Shown piece after piece: positions 20,034 through 32,908 of a stretch of DNA of 64,000 bases. Origin of the DNA: an uncultured delta proteobacterium (GTDB lineage: Bacteria; Myxococcota; UBA727; VGSZ01). The stretch lies in the NCBI GenBank assembly GCA_963775425.1, contig CAVZJB010000016.1, positions 736,001-800,000 of the forward strand, written 5' to 3'. The notes under the pieces were generated by a model, which had not been told where the DNA came from, made no database searches, and worked only from the letters and a program-made list of their open reading frames with translations. Every line of letters begins with the position of its first letter. The first letter of the stretch is position 1. The translations under genes and the position numbers were made by a program.

Positions 20034-21838
20034 TGTCCCCCGGCGGCGGACGAGCCGCCGCGCCGCGGCACGCGGGGGGCGGCGGCGCTTGGCTCGTCGT
20101 CGTCGCCGCCGCCGCCGCTGTCGCTATCGCCCTGGCGGCGGACGCGGTGCTCGCGGCCCCGCTGTTTTTCTCCAACGACGGCTTCCACCACATCTTCTCG
20201 GCGTGGGGCCGGGCGCACCTCGACGATCCCGCGCTCGGCTACGCGCGCTACTTCCACGGCAACCTCCCGCCGAGCGCCAACGGCGTCGCCGACCTCTTCG
20301 CGTGGCTCGCGCCCGCGGTCGGCTGGCGCCTCGCCCACCAGCTCACCGTCGTCGTCATCGCCGCGGTCTGGATCGCCGGCAGCGTCGCGTTGGCGGCGTC
20401 TGTGCACCCGCGCCGCGCGCTCGTCGGCCTCGTCGCCGGCGCGTGCGCGCTCGGCTTCAACCTCTACCTCGGCTTCTTCGAGTTCGCGCTCGCCACCGGC
20501 ATCGGCTTCTTCGCGCTGGCGCTCGCGATCCGCTCGCCCGTCGCGCCGCCGGCGACGTCGCGGCGGGTGGTGGTGGCCGCGCTCCTGCTCGGCGCGAGCT
20601 TCGTGCACTTCCTCGCGGCGGCGCTGACGGGCTTCACGGTCGCCGTCGTTTGGCTCGCGCGCGTCGAACGAGGCGCGGGGCCGCGCGCGTGGCTCCGCGA
20701 GCTCGTCGCCGTCGCCGCCGTCGGTCTGCCGGCGGCGATCCCCGCCGTGCTCGCCGCCGGCGCCGTCGGCGGCCTCCCCGACGTCGACGAGAGCGCGCCG
20801 CTCGCCGTCCGCCTCGGCGCGCTCGGGATGTGCACCGTCGGGGGACCCTGGTGGCGTCAGCTCCCCGTGTTCGCCGCCGCCGGCGCCGCCGGCGTCGCGC
20901 TCGTCGTCACCCGCCGCGATCGCGGCCGCGTGGAGATCGCGCTCGGCGCGCTCGCGGCGGCGTTCGCCGTCGTCCCGTGGGTGGTGCCTTGGAGCGTCTT
21001 CGGCTGGCAAAACGTCGCGTCGCGGCCGCTGCCCCTCGCCGTGGCGCTCTTCGCGGCGCTCCTGCCGGTGGAGCGCCTGCCGCGCGCGGGCCGCGCCGTC
21101 GCCGCCGCCGCCGCCTGCGCGTTCTTCGCCGCCGCGACGTTGTGGGCGCGCGCCCTCGACGTCGAGGTCGCGCGCGAGTCCGCCGACGTCTTGCGCGTCC
21201 TCGCGCGCGCGCCGCCGAACACCGGCTACCGCTGGCCGTTCATCCTCACGGCGCTGCCGGCCGTGGAGCGCGCGGGGATGGTGCGCTGGGATCCGCAGCG
21301 CGGGCTCGGCTCGCTCTTCGCGCTCGTGCAGGGGGGCTTCGTCGCGTACGCGCACGTGGTGAGCCCGCAGGCGCACACGCTCTTGCTGAAGCCGGAGGTG
21401 AAGGAGGCCCTGCCCCCGCCGCCGCTGCGATCGCGGTGGGTGACGCCGCTGAGAGCCGACGACGATCCGGTCGAGCGCCGCCGCGCGCTCGCCGTGCTCA
21501 TGAGCCAGGCGATGCAGGTCGACGGCGTGATCGTGATCGAGCGCCCCGCGGATCACCCCCAATGGAAGGCGCGCGGGTTCACGGTGGACCTCGAGGACGG
21601 CCGCGTGCTGCTCGCCCGGTTCACGGGCTGCTCGCTCACCGTCGACAGCGCTGCGCCCCGCGACGTCTCGATCGCGATGGCCCCGGAGAGCCCGGCGCTG
21701 TTGCGGCGGGTGGCCCACGTCGACGGCCCCACCAGGGTCGACCGCGTCCCCTGCGGCGCCGTCACCGTCGCCGGCTGCGGCTCCGCCGTCCTGTCGCCCG
21801 ACGCGGCGCCCCTGGTGCGGTGCGGGCCCGGGTCGTGA
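20033..21838 (+). CDS. Polytopic membrane protein, possible GT-C-fold glycosyltransferase
   Basis: About 10-12 TM segments, acidic NDGFHH loop after TM1, soluble C-terminus. Confidence 0.55.
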   Translation: MSPGGGRAAAPRHAGGGGAWLVVVAAAAAVAIALAADAVLAAPLFFSNDGFHHIFSAWGRAHLDDPALGYARYFHGNLPPSANGVADLFAWLAPAVGWRLAHQLTVVVIAAVWIAGSVALAASVHPRRALVGLVAGACALGFNLYLGFFEFALATGIGFFALALAIRSPVAPPATSRRVVVAALLLGASFVHFLAAALTGFTVAVVWLARVERGAGPRAWLRELVAVAAVGLPAAIPAVLAAGAVGGLPDVDESAPLAVRLGALGMCTVGGPWWRQLPVFAAAGAAGVALVVTRRDRGRVEIALGALAAAFAVVPWVVPWSVFGWQNVASRPLPLAVALFAALLPVERLPRAGRAVAAAAACAFFAAATLWARALDVEVARESADVLRVLARAPPNTGYRWPFILTALPAVERAGMVRWDPQRGLGSLFALVQGGFVAYAHVVSPQAHTLLLKPEVKEALPPPPLRSRWVTPLRADDDPVERRRALAVLMSQAMQVDGVIVIERPADHPQWKARGFTVDLEDGRVLLARFTGCSLTVDSAAPRDVSIAMAPESPALLRRVAHVDGPTRVDRVPCGAVTVAGCGSAVLSPDAAPLVRCGPGS

Positions 21839-21932
21839 GCGCGACGAGGGGCGCGCTCACGGCCGGCTTGGTTACATAGGAGACAAAATAACGACGAGCG
21901 GGTGGAGGAACGGACGACATCGGGAGAAGCGG

Positions 21933-21941
21933 TGCTAGGGT
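21933..21941 (+). promoter_or_regulatory. Extended -10 (TGcTAGGGT), putative leaderless promoter of the nuo operon
   Basis: Hexamer 7 nt upstream of the nuoA GTG, no adjacent SD. Confidence 0.5.
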
Positions 21942-21948
21942 CCGCCGC

Positions 21949-22314
21949 GTGGAAGGCTACGCGGCTCAGTACGGCTCCCTCGTCGTGTTCATCGTCGTCG
22001 GAGCGCTCTTTCCGATCGCACCCCTGGTCGCGGCTTCGATCATCGCGCCGAAGAAGCCGTCGCAGACCAAGGAAGACACCTACGAGTGCGGCCTGGAGTC
22101 CAAGGGCGACCCGTGGGTGGCGCTCAAGGTGCAGTATTACGTGTACGCGCTCGCCTTCGTGGCCTTCGACCTCGAGGCGCCGTTCCTCTACGCGTGGGCC
22201 GTGGTGTTCCACAAGCTCTCGGTCTTCGCGTTCGTGGAGATGATGATCTTCATCGCGGTGCTCGTCGTCGGGCTGGCGTGGGCGTGGAAGAAGGGGGCGC
22301 TGGAGTGGAGGTGA
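21949..22314 (+). CDS. nuoA: NADH-quinone oxidoreductase subunit A
   Basis: K.DTYECG, YYVYALAFVAFDLE, WKKGALEW. Confidence 0.96.
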   Translation: MEGYAAQYGSLVVFIVVGALFPIAPLVAASIIAPKKPSQTKEDTYECGLESKGDPWVALKVQYYVYALAFVAFDLEAPFLYAWAVVFHKLSVFAFVEMMIFIAVLVVGLAWAWKKGALEWR

Positions 22315-22317
22315 CCG

Positions 22318-23004
22318 GTGCCCATCGATGAAGGACTGAAGAGCGAGCTGGCCAAGTCCGGCATCGTCGCCACGACGTTCGAGCAGCTCTACAACTGGGG
22401 CCGCAAGAGCTCGATCTGGCCGTTGCAGTTCGGCCTCGCCTGCTGCGCCATCGAGATGATCGCCACCGCCGCCGCGCGCTTCGACCTGTCGCGCTTCGGC
22501 GCCGAGGTCTTCCGCGCGTCGCCGCGCCAGGCGGACCTCATGATCGTCGCCGGCACGGTGACCAAGAAGATGGCCCCGCAGGTGGTGCGCCTGTGGAACC
22601 AGATGCCGGAGCCCAAGTACTGCATCGCCATGGGCGCCTGCGCCATCGCCGGCGGCCCGTTCAAGCAGGGCTACAACGTCCTCAAGGGCATCGACCGCTT
22701 CATCCCCGTCGACGTCCACATCCCCGGCTGCCCGCCGCGGCCCGAGGCGCTCCTGCACGCGCTCATCACGCTGCAGAAGAAGATGGACGCGCAGCGCTTC
22801 AAGAAGCTCAGCGAGCCGGTGCCCACGCACATCGCCGACCGCCCCGCCGAGTACCCCATCCCCGAGCTCGGCGCGCACGACCTCACGCCGGCGTCGAACC
22901 CCGCGGTCTGGCACCCGCCCAAGCTCGGCCGCACGCTGCCCATCGTCGAGGACGTGCCGCCCGCGCCGGCGCCGCCGGGCGAAAAGGCCAAGGAGCCCGC
23001 ATGA
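22318..23004 (+). CDS. nuoB: NADH-quinone oxidoreductase subunit B
   Basis: [28 protein letters not shown]. Confidence 0.97.
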   Translation: MPIDEGLKSELAKSGIVATTFEQLYNWGRKSSIWPLQFGLACCAIEMIATAAARFDLSRFGAEVFRASPRQADLMIVAGTVTKKMAPQVVRLWNQMPEPKYCIAMGACAIAGGPFKQGYNVLKGIDRFIPVDVHIPGCPPRPEALLHALITLQKKMDAQRFKKLSEPVPTHIADRPAEYPIPELGAHDLTPASNPAVWHPPKLGRTLPIVEDVPPAPAPPGEKAKEPA

Positions 23005-23552
23005 GCGAGCCATCCACCCTCGGCACGCTCGAGGAGATCAAGGCGCGCATCGAGGCCGCCGTCCCCGCCGCCGCCGGCAAGGTGAGCGTGGAGGCGCCGG
23101 CGCTGGTGATCGAGCGGGACGCGCTCGTCGAGGTCTGCCGCTTCCTCAAGACGGACGACGCGCTTCGCCTGAATTTTCTCTCGAACCTGTGCGCCGTCGA
23201 CTGGCTCAAGCCCGCGCCGCGGCTCGAGGTCGTCTACCACCTGTTCTCCGTCGAGAAGCGCCACGGGCCCCTCACGCTCAAGTGCCGCACCGGCGACCGC
23301 GGCGAGGACGTCCACGTGCCGTCCGTGACCCCGGTGTGGCGCAGCGCCGAGTACCAGGAGCGCGAGGCCTTCGACCTGTACGGCGTCATCTTCGACGGGC
23401 ACCCGGACCTCCGCCGCATCCTCATGTGGGACGGCTTCGAGGACCACCCCATGCGCAAGGACTACGCACCTCCCGACGACTACGAGTGGGAGCCCACCGC
23501 GCACGACCACGTCCTCGACAAGGCGCGCGACCACCACAAGGTGTCGTCATGA
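23001..23552 (+). CDS. nuoC: NADH-quinone oxidoreductase subunit C
   Basis: [28 protein letters not shown]. Confidence 0.95.
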   Translation: MSEPSTLGTLEEIKARIEAAVPAAAGKVSVEAPALVIERDALVEVCRFLKTDDALRLNFLSNLCAVDWLKPAPRLEVVYHLFSVEKRHGPLTLKCRTGDRGEDVHVPSVTPVWRSAEYQEREAFDLYGVIFDGHPDLRRILMWDGFEDHPMRKDYAPPDDYEWEPTAHDHVLDKARDHHKVSS

Positions 23553-24706
23553 GCGGCGCCGAGGAGCACGAGCGCTACAAGCTCGCGCCCGTCGAGAATT
23601 CTCTGGAGGGCCAGCAGCTCGAGATCGCCATCGGGCCCCAGCACCCGAGCACGCACGGCGTGTTCCGCATGGACGTCACGCTCGACGGCGAGGTGGTCAC
23701 CAAGCTCAAGCCCGTGATGGGCTACCTGCACAGGAACCACGAGCAGATCGCCGAGCACACCACCTACCTCGGCAGCATGCCGTTCACCGATCGCCTCGAC
23801 TACTTCAACTCGATGGCGAACAACTGGGGCTTCGCGCTCACCGTCGAGAAGCTCGCAGGCATCAAGGTGCCCGAGCGCGCGGAGTACATCCGCGTGATCA
23901 TGTGCGAGCTCACGCGCATCCTCAACCACACCTGCGTCGCCGGCTTCCTCCTGAACGACTGCGGCGCGTGGATGACGCCGCTTTTGTACGCGTTCCGCGA
24001 GCGCGAGAAGATCCTCGACATCTTCGAGGCCGTCAGCGGCGCGCGGCTGATGTGCAACTACTTCCGCTTCGGCGGCGTCCGCGCCGACATGACCGACGCG
24101 GACCTCCAGGCCGTGCGCGACCTGGTCGACGGGCTGCCCGAGTTCCTCGAGGAATTCGAAAAGCTCATGACGGAGAACGAGATCCTGATGGAGCGCACGC
24201 AGGGCGTGGGCACGCTCCCGCGGGAGCTCGCCATCGACGCCGGCGTCACCGGTCCCATGGCCCGCGCCAGCGGCGTCGAGTACGACGTGCGCAAGATCGA
24301 CAAGTACGGCATCTACGACCGCTTCGACTTCAAGGTGCCCCTCGGGGACCACGGCGACGTCTACGACCGCTACTACGTCCGCCTCCTCGAGGTGCACGAG
24401 AGCCTGAAGATCCTGAGGCAGGCGTTGAAGGACATCCCGGCGGGGCCGCACATGGACCCGAAGGCGCGGCTGCGGAACTTCCGGCCGCCCAAGGGTGAGG
24501 CGTACGGCCGCGTGGAGAGCCCCAAGGGCGAGCTCGGCTTCTACATCGTGAGCACCGGCGAGAAGAACCCGTACCGCTACCACGTGCGTCCGCCGAGCTT
24601 CATCAACCTCACCATCCTCGAAGATATGTGCATCGGGCAAAAGGTCGCCGACGTCGTCGTCATCCTCGGCGCCGTCGACATCGTGCTCGGCGAGGTGGAC
24701 CGATGA
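23549..24706 (+). CDS. nuoD: NADH-quinone oxidoreductase subunit D
   Basis: [37 protein letters not shown]; no NiFe CxxC motifs. Confidence 0.97.
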   Translation: MSGAEEHERYKLAPVENSLEGQQLEIAIGPQHPSTHGVFRMDVTLDGEVVTKLKPVMGYLHRNHEQIAEHTTYLGSMPFTDRLDYFNSMANNWGFALTVEKLAGIKVPERAEYIRVIMCELTRILNHTCVAGFLLNDCGAWMTPLLYAFREREKILDIFEAVSGARLMCNYFRFGGVRADMTDADLQAVRDLVDGLPEFLEEFEKLMTENEILMERTQGVGTLPRELAIDAGVTGPMARASGVEYDVRKIDKYGIYDRFDFKVPLGDHGDVYDRYYVRLLEVHESLKILRQALKDIPAGPHMDPKARLRNFRPPKGEAYGRVESPKGELGFYIVSTGEKNPYRYHVRPPSFINLTILEDMCIGQKVADVVVILGAVDIVLGEVDR

Positions 24707-25647
24707 GCGCCGGACGAGGGCTCTTGAAGGGCCTGATGGTCACCGCCCGCAACTTCGTCGGCAGCTACTTCGAGGCCGACCGCCTGGTGACGCAGCAGTA
24801 CCCGGAGGAGAAGGCGCACACGAAGGAGAACTTCAGGAACGTGCCGTTCCTGCTCTACGACGGCGCCGACGCCATCCAGGGCATGCGCTGCGTGGCGTGC
24901 AAGATCTGCGAGCAGGAGTGCCCGCCGCAGTGCATCTACATCGAAGGCACCTTCGACGCCGAGGGCAACTCGCTGAAGACCCCCAAGGTCTTCGACATCG
25001 ACTTCACCGTGTGCATGAACTGCGGCATCTGCGCCGAGGCCTGCCCCTTCGACGCCATCAAGATGGACAACGAGTTCGAGCTCGCGAGCACCGACCGCTT
25101 CAACGGACAGCTCGCCGACCTCCACCGGCTCCTGAAGTCCAACGAGTACTACCACCAGATCAAGCCCACCGAGGCCGGCGACGTCGACGAGCGCCTCGCC
25201 GCCAAGGCCAAGAAGTCCGCCGCCAAGAAGGCGCCGGCGCCCGCGGCGACGCCGCCGACCTCGCCGGTGCCCGCGGCCAAGGCCGCGCCGGCCCCGGCGG
25301 GGGACAAGGCCCCGCGCCCCGACGCCAAGCCCGCCGCGGGGCCGCCGCCCCCGCCCCCGCCGCCGTCGGGGCCGGCGGAGGTCATCGCGCTCCCGAGCGC
25401 CGATGCGCCGCCGCTGCCGCCGCCGCCGGGCTCCGGCGCGCCCACCGCGGCCGCGCCGCCTCCGCCGCCGCCGCCGCCGCCGGGGGAGCAGGAGGTCATC
25501 GCGCCGCCGAGCGCCGATGCGCCGCCGCTGCCGCCGCCGCCGGCGTCGAACCCGCCTGTGAGCGCGGCGCCTCCGCCGCCGCCAGCTCCGGCCGCGGGGC
25601 CGCCCGGCCAGGCCGGCGGTGACGCGAAGGATGGGTCGAAGACATGA
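24703..25647 (+). CDS. nuoI: NADH-quinone oxidoreductase subunit I with long Pro/Ala-rich C-terminal extension
   Basis: [31 protein letters not shown]. Confidence 0.93.
   Translation: MSAGRGLLKGLMVTARNFVGSYFEADRLVTQQYPEEKAHTKENFRNVPFLLYDGADAIQGMRCVACKICEQECPPQCIYIEGTFDAEGNSLKTPKVFDIDFTVCMNCGICAEACPFDAIKMDNEFELASTDRFNGQLADLHRLLKSNEYYHQIKPTEAGDVDERLAAKAKKSAAKKAPAPAATPPTSPVPAAKAAPAPAGDKAPRPDAKPAAGPPPPPPPPSGPAEVIALPSADAPPLPPPPGSGAPTAAAPPPPPPPPPGEQEVIAPPSADAPPLPPPPASNPPVSAAPPPPPAPAAGPPGQAGGDAKDGSKT
25340..25555 (+). repeat. Internal duplication (period 114 bp) in the nuoI tail
   Basis: gaggtcatcgcg..ccgagcgccgatgcgccgccgctgccgccgccgccg at about 25378 and 25492. Confidence 0.8.
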
Positions 25648-26849
25648 GCGAGACGCTCGATCAGATCTTCGTGCTCGCGCACGACAAGCTCGTGGCGCTC
25701 GTGGCCATGCTCGGCCTGCCCTGGCTCGCCGTGATCGTCTCGCTGCTGTTGCCGGCGGCGCTGTGCCTGATGGTGTGGCCGCTGTTCTTCGCGTTCCTCA
25801 CCTGGCTCGAGCGCAAGGTGCTCGGGCGCATCCAGAACCGCTACGGGCCGAACCGCGTGGGGCCCTTCGGCCTGCTGCAGCCCATCGCCGACGGCATCAA
25901 GATGCTCACCAAGGAGGACATCGTCCCGCGGCTGGCCGACCACGTCCTCCACCGGCTCGCCCCCGCGCTCATCGTCATCCCCGCGTTCTCCGTGTTCGCG
26001 CTCCTGCCGTTCGGAAAGAACATGACGCCGGCGGACATCGACGTCTCGCTGCTCCTGTTCTTCGCCGTCAGCTCCGTGTCCACGCTCGCGCTCTTCATCG
26101 CCGGCTGGGGCAGCCGCAACAAGTACTCGCTGCTCGGCGCCATGCGCGCGGTGGCGCAGATGGTGAGCTACGAGCTCCCCGTGGTCATGGCCGCGGTCCC
26201 GGTGGTGATGATCGTCGGCTCCTTGCGCATCGGCGCCGTGGTCGCCGCCCAGGGCCCACGCGTCCCCGGGGAGGCCTTCGGCAGCATCTCGCACTGGTTC
26301 ATCTGGACGCCCTGGGGCCTGTTCGGCTTCGCGCTCTTCTTCGTCGCGGGCATGGCCGAGCTCAACCGCTCGCCGTTCGACATCGCCGAGGGCGAGAGCG
26401 AGATCGTGGCCGGCTTCCACACCGAGTACTCCGGCTTCAAGTTCGCGCTCTTCTTCCTCGCCGAGTACCTGAGCGCCATCGCGTTCGCGGGCCTGGCGTC
26501 GTCGCTGTTCCTCGGCGGCTTCGAGGGGCCCGCGCCCATCCCGTCGTGGCTGTGGTTCTTCGGCAAGATGTTCTTTCTCATAGCGCTGATGATGTGGGCC
26601 CGTGGCACCCTGCCGCGCCTGCGCGTCGATCAGCTCATGGGTTTCTCGTGGAAGTTCCTCCTGCCGCTCACCCTCGTGAACATCGTGGCCACCGCGCTGT
26701 GGTCCGTCTGGCACGAGGGCGACGTGCTGCATCGGGCCGCGGGCTGGCTCGGGTCGGCCGCGCTCCTCGTGGCGGCATACTTCCTCTTCGCCAAGCTCAA
26801 CGCCGGCCCCGCCGTCAAAAAGCGCGTCTACCGCTACGCGGACCTGTGA
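25644..26849 (+). CDS. nuoH: NADH-quinone oxidoreductase subunit H
   Basis: ERKVLGRIQNRYGPNRVG, QPIADGIK, NRSPFDIAEGESE, PRLRVDQ. Confidence 0.97.
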   Translation: MSETLDQIFVLAHDKLVALVAMLGLPWLAVIVSLLLPAALCLMVWPLFFAFLTWLERKVLGRIQNRYGPNRVGPFGLLQPIADGIKMLTKEDIVPRLADHVLHRLAPALIVIPAFSVFALLPFGKNMTPADIDVSLLLFFAVSSVSTLALFIAGWGSRNKYSLLGAMRAVAQMVSYELPVVMAAVPVVMIVGSLRIGAVVAAQGPRVPGEAFGSISHWFIWTPWGLFGFALFFVAGMAELNRSPFDIAEGESEIVAGFHTEYSGFKFALFFLAEYLSAIAFAGLASSLFLGGFEGPAPIPSWLWFFGKMFFLIALMMWARGTLPRLRVDQLMGFSWKFLLPLTLVNIVATALWSVWHEGDVLHRAAGWLGSAALLVAAYFLFAKLNAGPAVKKRVYRYADL

Positions 26850-26850
26850 C

Positions 26851-27366
26851 ATGACCCCCGCGCACATCGGCTTCCTCGTGCTCTCCGCCGTCTGCGTCGC
26901 AGGCGCGCTCGGCGCCGTCATCATCAAGAACATCGCGCGCGCGCTCCTGAGCGTGGTGACGTTCTTCTTCGGCGTGGCCGGGCTGTTCTTCATGATGCAC
27001 GCCGAGTTCGTCGGCGTCGTGCAGCTCCTGGTCTACGTCGGCGCCATCGCCGTGCTCATCATCTTCGCCATCGTCCTCACGCGCGCCATGGAGACGCCCG
27101 CCGACGTCGCGCGCATCGCGGGGTGGCGGCCGCTCGGCATCGCCACCGCCGTCGCCGTCGCCGCCGTCATCATCGGCGTCATCTTGAAGAACCCGGACGT
27201 CGCCGCACCGCCCGCCCCCGGACAGACGGCCGGCGCAGAGGAGATCGGGCAGGCCCTGATGACCCGCTACGTGGTGCCCTTCGAGGTGGCCTCGGTGCTC
27301 CTGACTGCGACGCTCATCGGCGCCGTCGTCATCGCGCTCGACGAGACCCGGCGGAGGAAGCGGTGA
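26851..27366 (+). CDS. nuoJ: NADH-quinone oxidoreductase subunit J
   Basis: AEFVGVVQLLVYVGAIAVL, YVVPFEVASVLL. Confidence 0.95.
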   Translation: MTPAHIGFLVLSAVCVAGALGAVIIKNIARALLSVVTFFFGVAGLFFMMHAEFVGVVQLLVYVGAIAVLIIFAIVLTRAMETPADVARIAGWRPLGIATAVAVAAVIIGVILKNPDVAAPPAPGQTAGAEEIGQALMTRYVVPFEVASVLLTATLIGAVVIALDETRRRKR

Positions 27367-27665
27367 GCCTCAACGAAGTCCTCATCCTGTCCGCGCTCCT
27401 CTTCGCCATCGGCGTGGCGGGGGCGCTCACGCGGCGCAACGCCATCCTGCTCCTCGTCAGCATCGAGATCATGATGAACGCCGCCAACATCAACTTCGTG
27501 GCGTTCTGGAGGTACGGTGCGCTGCCCATCAGCGCCAACCTCTTCGCCCTCTTCATCATCATCATCGCCGGCGCCGAGTCCACCGTGGGCCTCGCGCTCG
27601 TCATCAGCATCTATCGCCAGCTCAAGAGCGTCGACGTCGAGAAGATCGACTCGCTGAGCGGCTGA
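27363..27665 (+). CDS. nuoK: NADH-quinone oxidoreductase subunit K
   Basis: GTG start; RRNAI..SIEIMMNAAN..AGAESTVGLA. Confidence 0.95.
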   Translation: MSLNEVLILSALLFAIGVAGALTRRNAILLLVSIEIMMNAANINFVAFWRYGALPISANLFALFIIIIAGAESTVGLALVISIYRQLKSVDVEKIDSLSG

Positions 27666-27687
27666 CGACAACGAGGAGCTCTTCGCC

Positions 27688-29705
<2,018 letters not shown>

Positions 29706-29709
<4 letters not shown>

Positions 29710-31382
29710 CCTTCATCGACGCCCACCTGCTCTCTCTCCTGGTGCTGGTGCCCGCGGCCACCGCCATCCTCGTGCTCGTCCTCGGCGAGCGCGCCCCCGC
29801 CAGCGTGGACGCCGCCGCCCCTGACGCGCCGCCCGGCAGCCGCGCGCGCACCGTCGCCCTCGCGGGGTGCGCGGTGGCGCTCGCGCTCGCGCTGCGCGCC
29901 GCGTCGCTGTTCGACCCGCACGACGCCGCCCGGCAGCTCTCCGAGCGCGTCTCGTGGATCCCCACGCTTCACGCCGACTACTCCGTCGGCGTCGACGGCC
30001 TGAGCATCCTGCTGCTCATCCTCACGGCGGTGATCGTGCCGCTGTCGCTGGTGGCGTCGTGGCCCGCGGGCGTCGACAAGCGGCGCACCTTCGCCCTCGT
30101 GATGCTGTTGCAGGCCGGCATGTTCGGCGTGTTCACCGCCGAGAGCTTCTTTCACTGGTTCGTGTTCTGGGAGATGGTGCTCATCCCCGCCTTCTTCCTC
30201 ATCAAGAGCGGCGGCGCCGCCGGCCACGACGCGCGCCGCGCCGCCCTCAAGTTCCTGCTGTACACGCTCGTCGGCAGCGTCGCGATGCTGCTCGCGTTCC
30301 AGGCCATCTTCTGGGCCACGGGCAGCATGGACTTCATCGAGCTCGCGCGCCTCGGCACCGCCGGCACCCTCGACGAGAAGCTCGCGGCCGTCGCCGCCCA
30401 CGCCCACATCGGCTGGACCGCCAGGACCTGCGGCGCCGTCGCCTTCTCCTGCATCGTCCTCGCGTGCGCGGTGAAGACGCCGCTGTGGCCGTTTCACACC
30501 TGGCTGCCCGACGCGTACGGCGAGGCGCCCACGCCGGCCACGCTCCTGCTCACCGCGGGCATGTCCAAGATGGGCGTCTATGCGCTGCTGCGCATCGCGT
30601 TGCCGCTGTTTCCGTCGAGCGCCGCGCGCTTGGCGCCCGTGCTCGTCGGCCTCGCCCTCGTCACCGTGGTGGCGGCGGCGTTCTCGGCGCTCGCGCAGAC
30701 GGACCTCAAGCGCATGATGGCGTACTCGTCCATCAACCACGTCGGCCTCTGCCTGCTCGCGCTCTTCGCCGCCGCCAGCGCCTCCGTCGACATCACCGCC
30801 GACGACCGCGCCGCCGCGCTCGACGGCGCCGTCCTGCAGATGTTCGTGCACGGCATCGAGGCGGCCCTGATGTTCTTCCTGCTCGCGGCCCTCGAAAGAC
30901 GCGTCGCCGCGCGCGCGCAGGCCGCGGGCGACCGGCCCCCGCGCCCCTCCGAGGGCGGCGCCGCCGTCCTCGGGCTCAACGACTTCGGCGGGCTGCGCAA
31001 GGTCGCGCCGTGGTTCTGCGGCGTCTTCGGCGTCGTCACGTTCGCGTCGATCGGCCTCCCAGGCCTCGCCGGCTTCGTCAGCGAGATCCTCGTGCTGCGC
31101 GGCACCTTCGCGCTCGCCCCCGCCGCGGCCGCCGTCGCCCTCGTCGGCGTGATGATCACCGCGGTGTTCCTCCTCAGCGTCATCCAGCGCGTGTGGTGGG
31201 GCCCGCTCAACGAGCGCTTCCGCGACATGCGCGACCTCTCCTGGCGCGAGCTCGTCCCCGCGGGCGTGTTCGTGCTCCTCATCGTCGCCGTCGGCGTCCT
31301 GCCCGCGTGGTTCACCGCGCAGGGCAACGGCGCCGTCGAAGCGCTCGGCGCGCTGCTCGCGCAGGGAGCCAACGTCCCATGA
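29706..31382 (+). CDS. nuoM: NADH-quinone oxidoreductase subunit M (copy 1)
   Basis: FWEMVLIP, VKTPLWPFHTWLPDA, SKMGVY, AYSSINH, GFVSE. Confidence 0.93.
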
Positions 31383-32908
31383 GCGCGCTCTTCTCCCTCT
31401 CGCGGCTCGACTGGACCATCTACCTGTCGTGGCTGGGGGTCCTCGCTATCCTCTTCATCCCGAGCGGCAACAAGGGCGCCATCCGCGTCACAGCCCTCGC
31501 CTCCGCCCTCGCCGGCCTCGTCGTCGCCCTCTACGGCTTCCTCACCTACCGCATCGATCCCGGCAGCGCCGCGAGCGGCGCCGATGCCTTGCACGCGTCG
31601 TTCGCGCAGTTCGAGGTGCAGGCGCCGTGGATCCCGGCCATCGGGGCTTCGTTTCACCTGGGCGCCGACGGCGTGAGCCTCCCGCTCCTCGTGTTGAACG
31701 GCGTGGTCGCCGTCACCGGCGTGCTGTTCTCGTGGAACGTCGAGCATCGCACCAAGGAGTTCTTCGTCTTCCTGCTCCTGCTCGTGAGCGGCGTCTACGG
31801 CGTGTTCCTCTCGCTGGACCTCCTGCTTCTATTTGCGTTCTACGAGCTGGCCATCATCCCGAAGTACTTCATCATCGCCATCTGGGGCTCCACCCGGCGC
31901 GAGTACGCGGCCATGAAGCTCGTGCTCTACAGCTTCGCGGGCAGCGCGCTCGTGTTCGCCGGCATCGTCATCCTCTACGCCGGTGCCGGCGCCAAGACCT
32001 TCGACCTGCTCGCGCTCAGAGACGCGCTGCCGGCCGAGATGCAGTTCTTCTGCTTCCCGCTCATCTTCGCCGGCTTCGGCGTGCTCGCCGGCATGTGGCC
32101 GTTCCACACGTGGGCGCCCACCGGCCACTCGGCCGCGCCCACCGCCGCGTCGATGCTCCTCGCGGGCGTGGTGATGAAGCTCGGCGCCTACGGCTGCCTG
32201 CGCGTGGGCCTGCTCCTGCTGCCGCAGGGTCTCTCCGCGTACGGTGGCATGTGGCAGTGGTTCTTCGCGCTCCTCGCCGTCGCCGGCATCATCTGGGGCG
32301 CCGGCGTGGCGCTCGTGCAGAAGGACTTCAAGTTCGTCATCGGCAACTCCAGCGTGAGCCACATGGGCTTCGTGCTGCTGGGCCTGATGACGCTCGACAG
32401 CATCGGCATCGACGGCGCCGTCCTGCAGATGTTCTCGCACGGCATCGTGGCGAGCCTCCTGTTCGCCGTCGTCGGCCGCATGGTCTACGACCGCGCCCAC
32501 ACCCGCCAGCTCGACGAGCTCGGACCCATGCGCCTCGCGCGCCGCATGCCGTTCGTGGCCGCCGTGTTCATCATCGGCGGCCTGGCCTCCATGGGCTTGC
32601 CGGGTCTGTCGGGCTTCGTCGCCGAGCTCCACGTCCTGGTGGGCGCCTGGGACGTGTTCCCCTGGCTGGCCGTCGCCGCCGGCGGCGGGATCGTGATCAC
32701 CGTCTGGTACACCTTCCGCACCATCCTCGCCGCCTTCTACGGTGACCCGGCCGCGCCCGACAAAACGCAGGATCCGCTGCCCCCCATCACGTGGCAGGAG
32801 CGCGTGGCGTCGCTGGCCCTGGTCGCGCTCCTCTTCGTCGTCGGCCTCGCGCCGGCCACCCTGCTCGACATGATCGATCACAGCGTGCGGCTGATGGTGA
32901 ACCGATGA
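31379..32908 (+). CDS. nuoM: NADH-quinone oxidoreductase subunit M (copy 2)
   Basis: FYELAIIP, WPFHTWAP, MKLGAYG, SSVSHMG, GFVAE. Confidence 0.92.
   Translation: MSALFSLSRLDWTIYLSWLGVLAILFIPSGNKGAIRVTALASALAGLVVALYGFLTYRIDPGSAASGADALHASFAQFEVQAPWIPAIGASFHLGADGVSLPLLVLNGVVAVTGVLFSWNVEHRTKEFFVFLLLLVSGVYGVFLSLDLLLLFAFYELAIIPKYFIIAIWGSTRREYAAMKLVLYSFAGSALVFAGIVILYAGAGAKTFDLLALRDALPAEMQFFCFPLIFAGFGVLAGMWPFHTWAPTGHSAAPTAASMLLAGVVMKLGAYGCLRVGLLLLPQGLSAYGGMWQWFFALLAVAGIIWGAGVALVQKDFKFVIGNSSVSHMGFVLLGLMTLDSIGIDGAVLQMFSHGIVASLLFAVVGRMVYDRAHTRQLDELGPMRLARRMPFVAAVFIIGGLASMGLPGLSGFVAELHVLVGAWDVFPWLAVAAGGGIVITVWYTFRTILAAFYGDPAAPDKTQDPLPPITWQERVASLALVALLFVVGLAPATLLDMIDHSVRLMVNR

Noticed and set aside
22318-24706. 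Group 4 NiFe-hydrogenase interpretation of the nuo cluster
   Set aside because: NuoD lacks the Ni-binding CxxC motifs and has the quinone-site His and Tyr; NuoB has the tandem CC of complex I.
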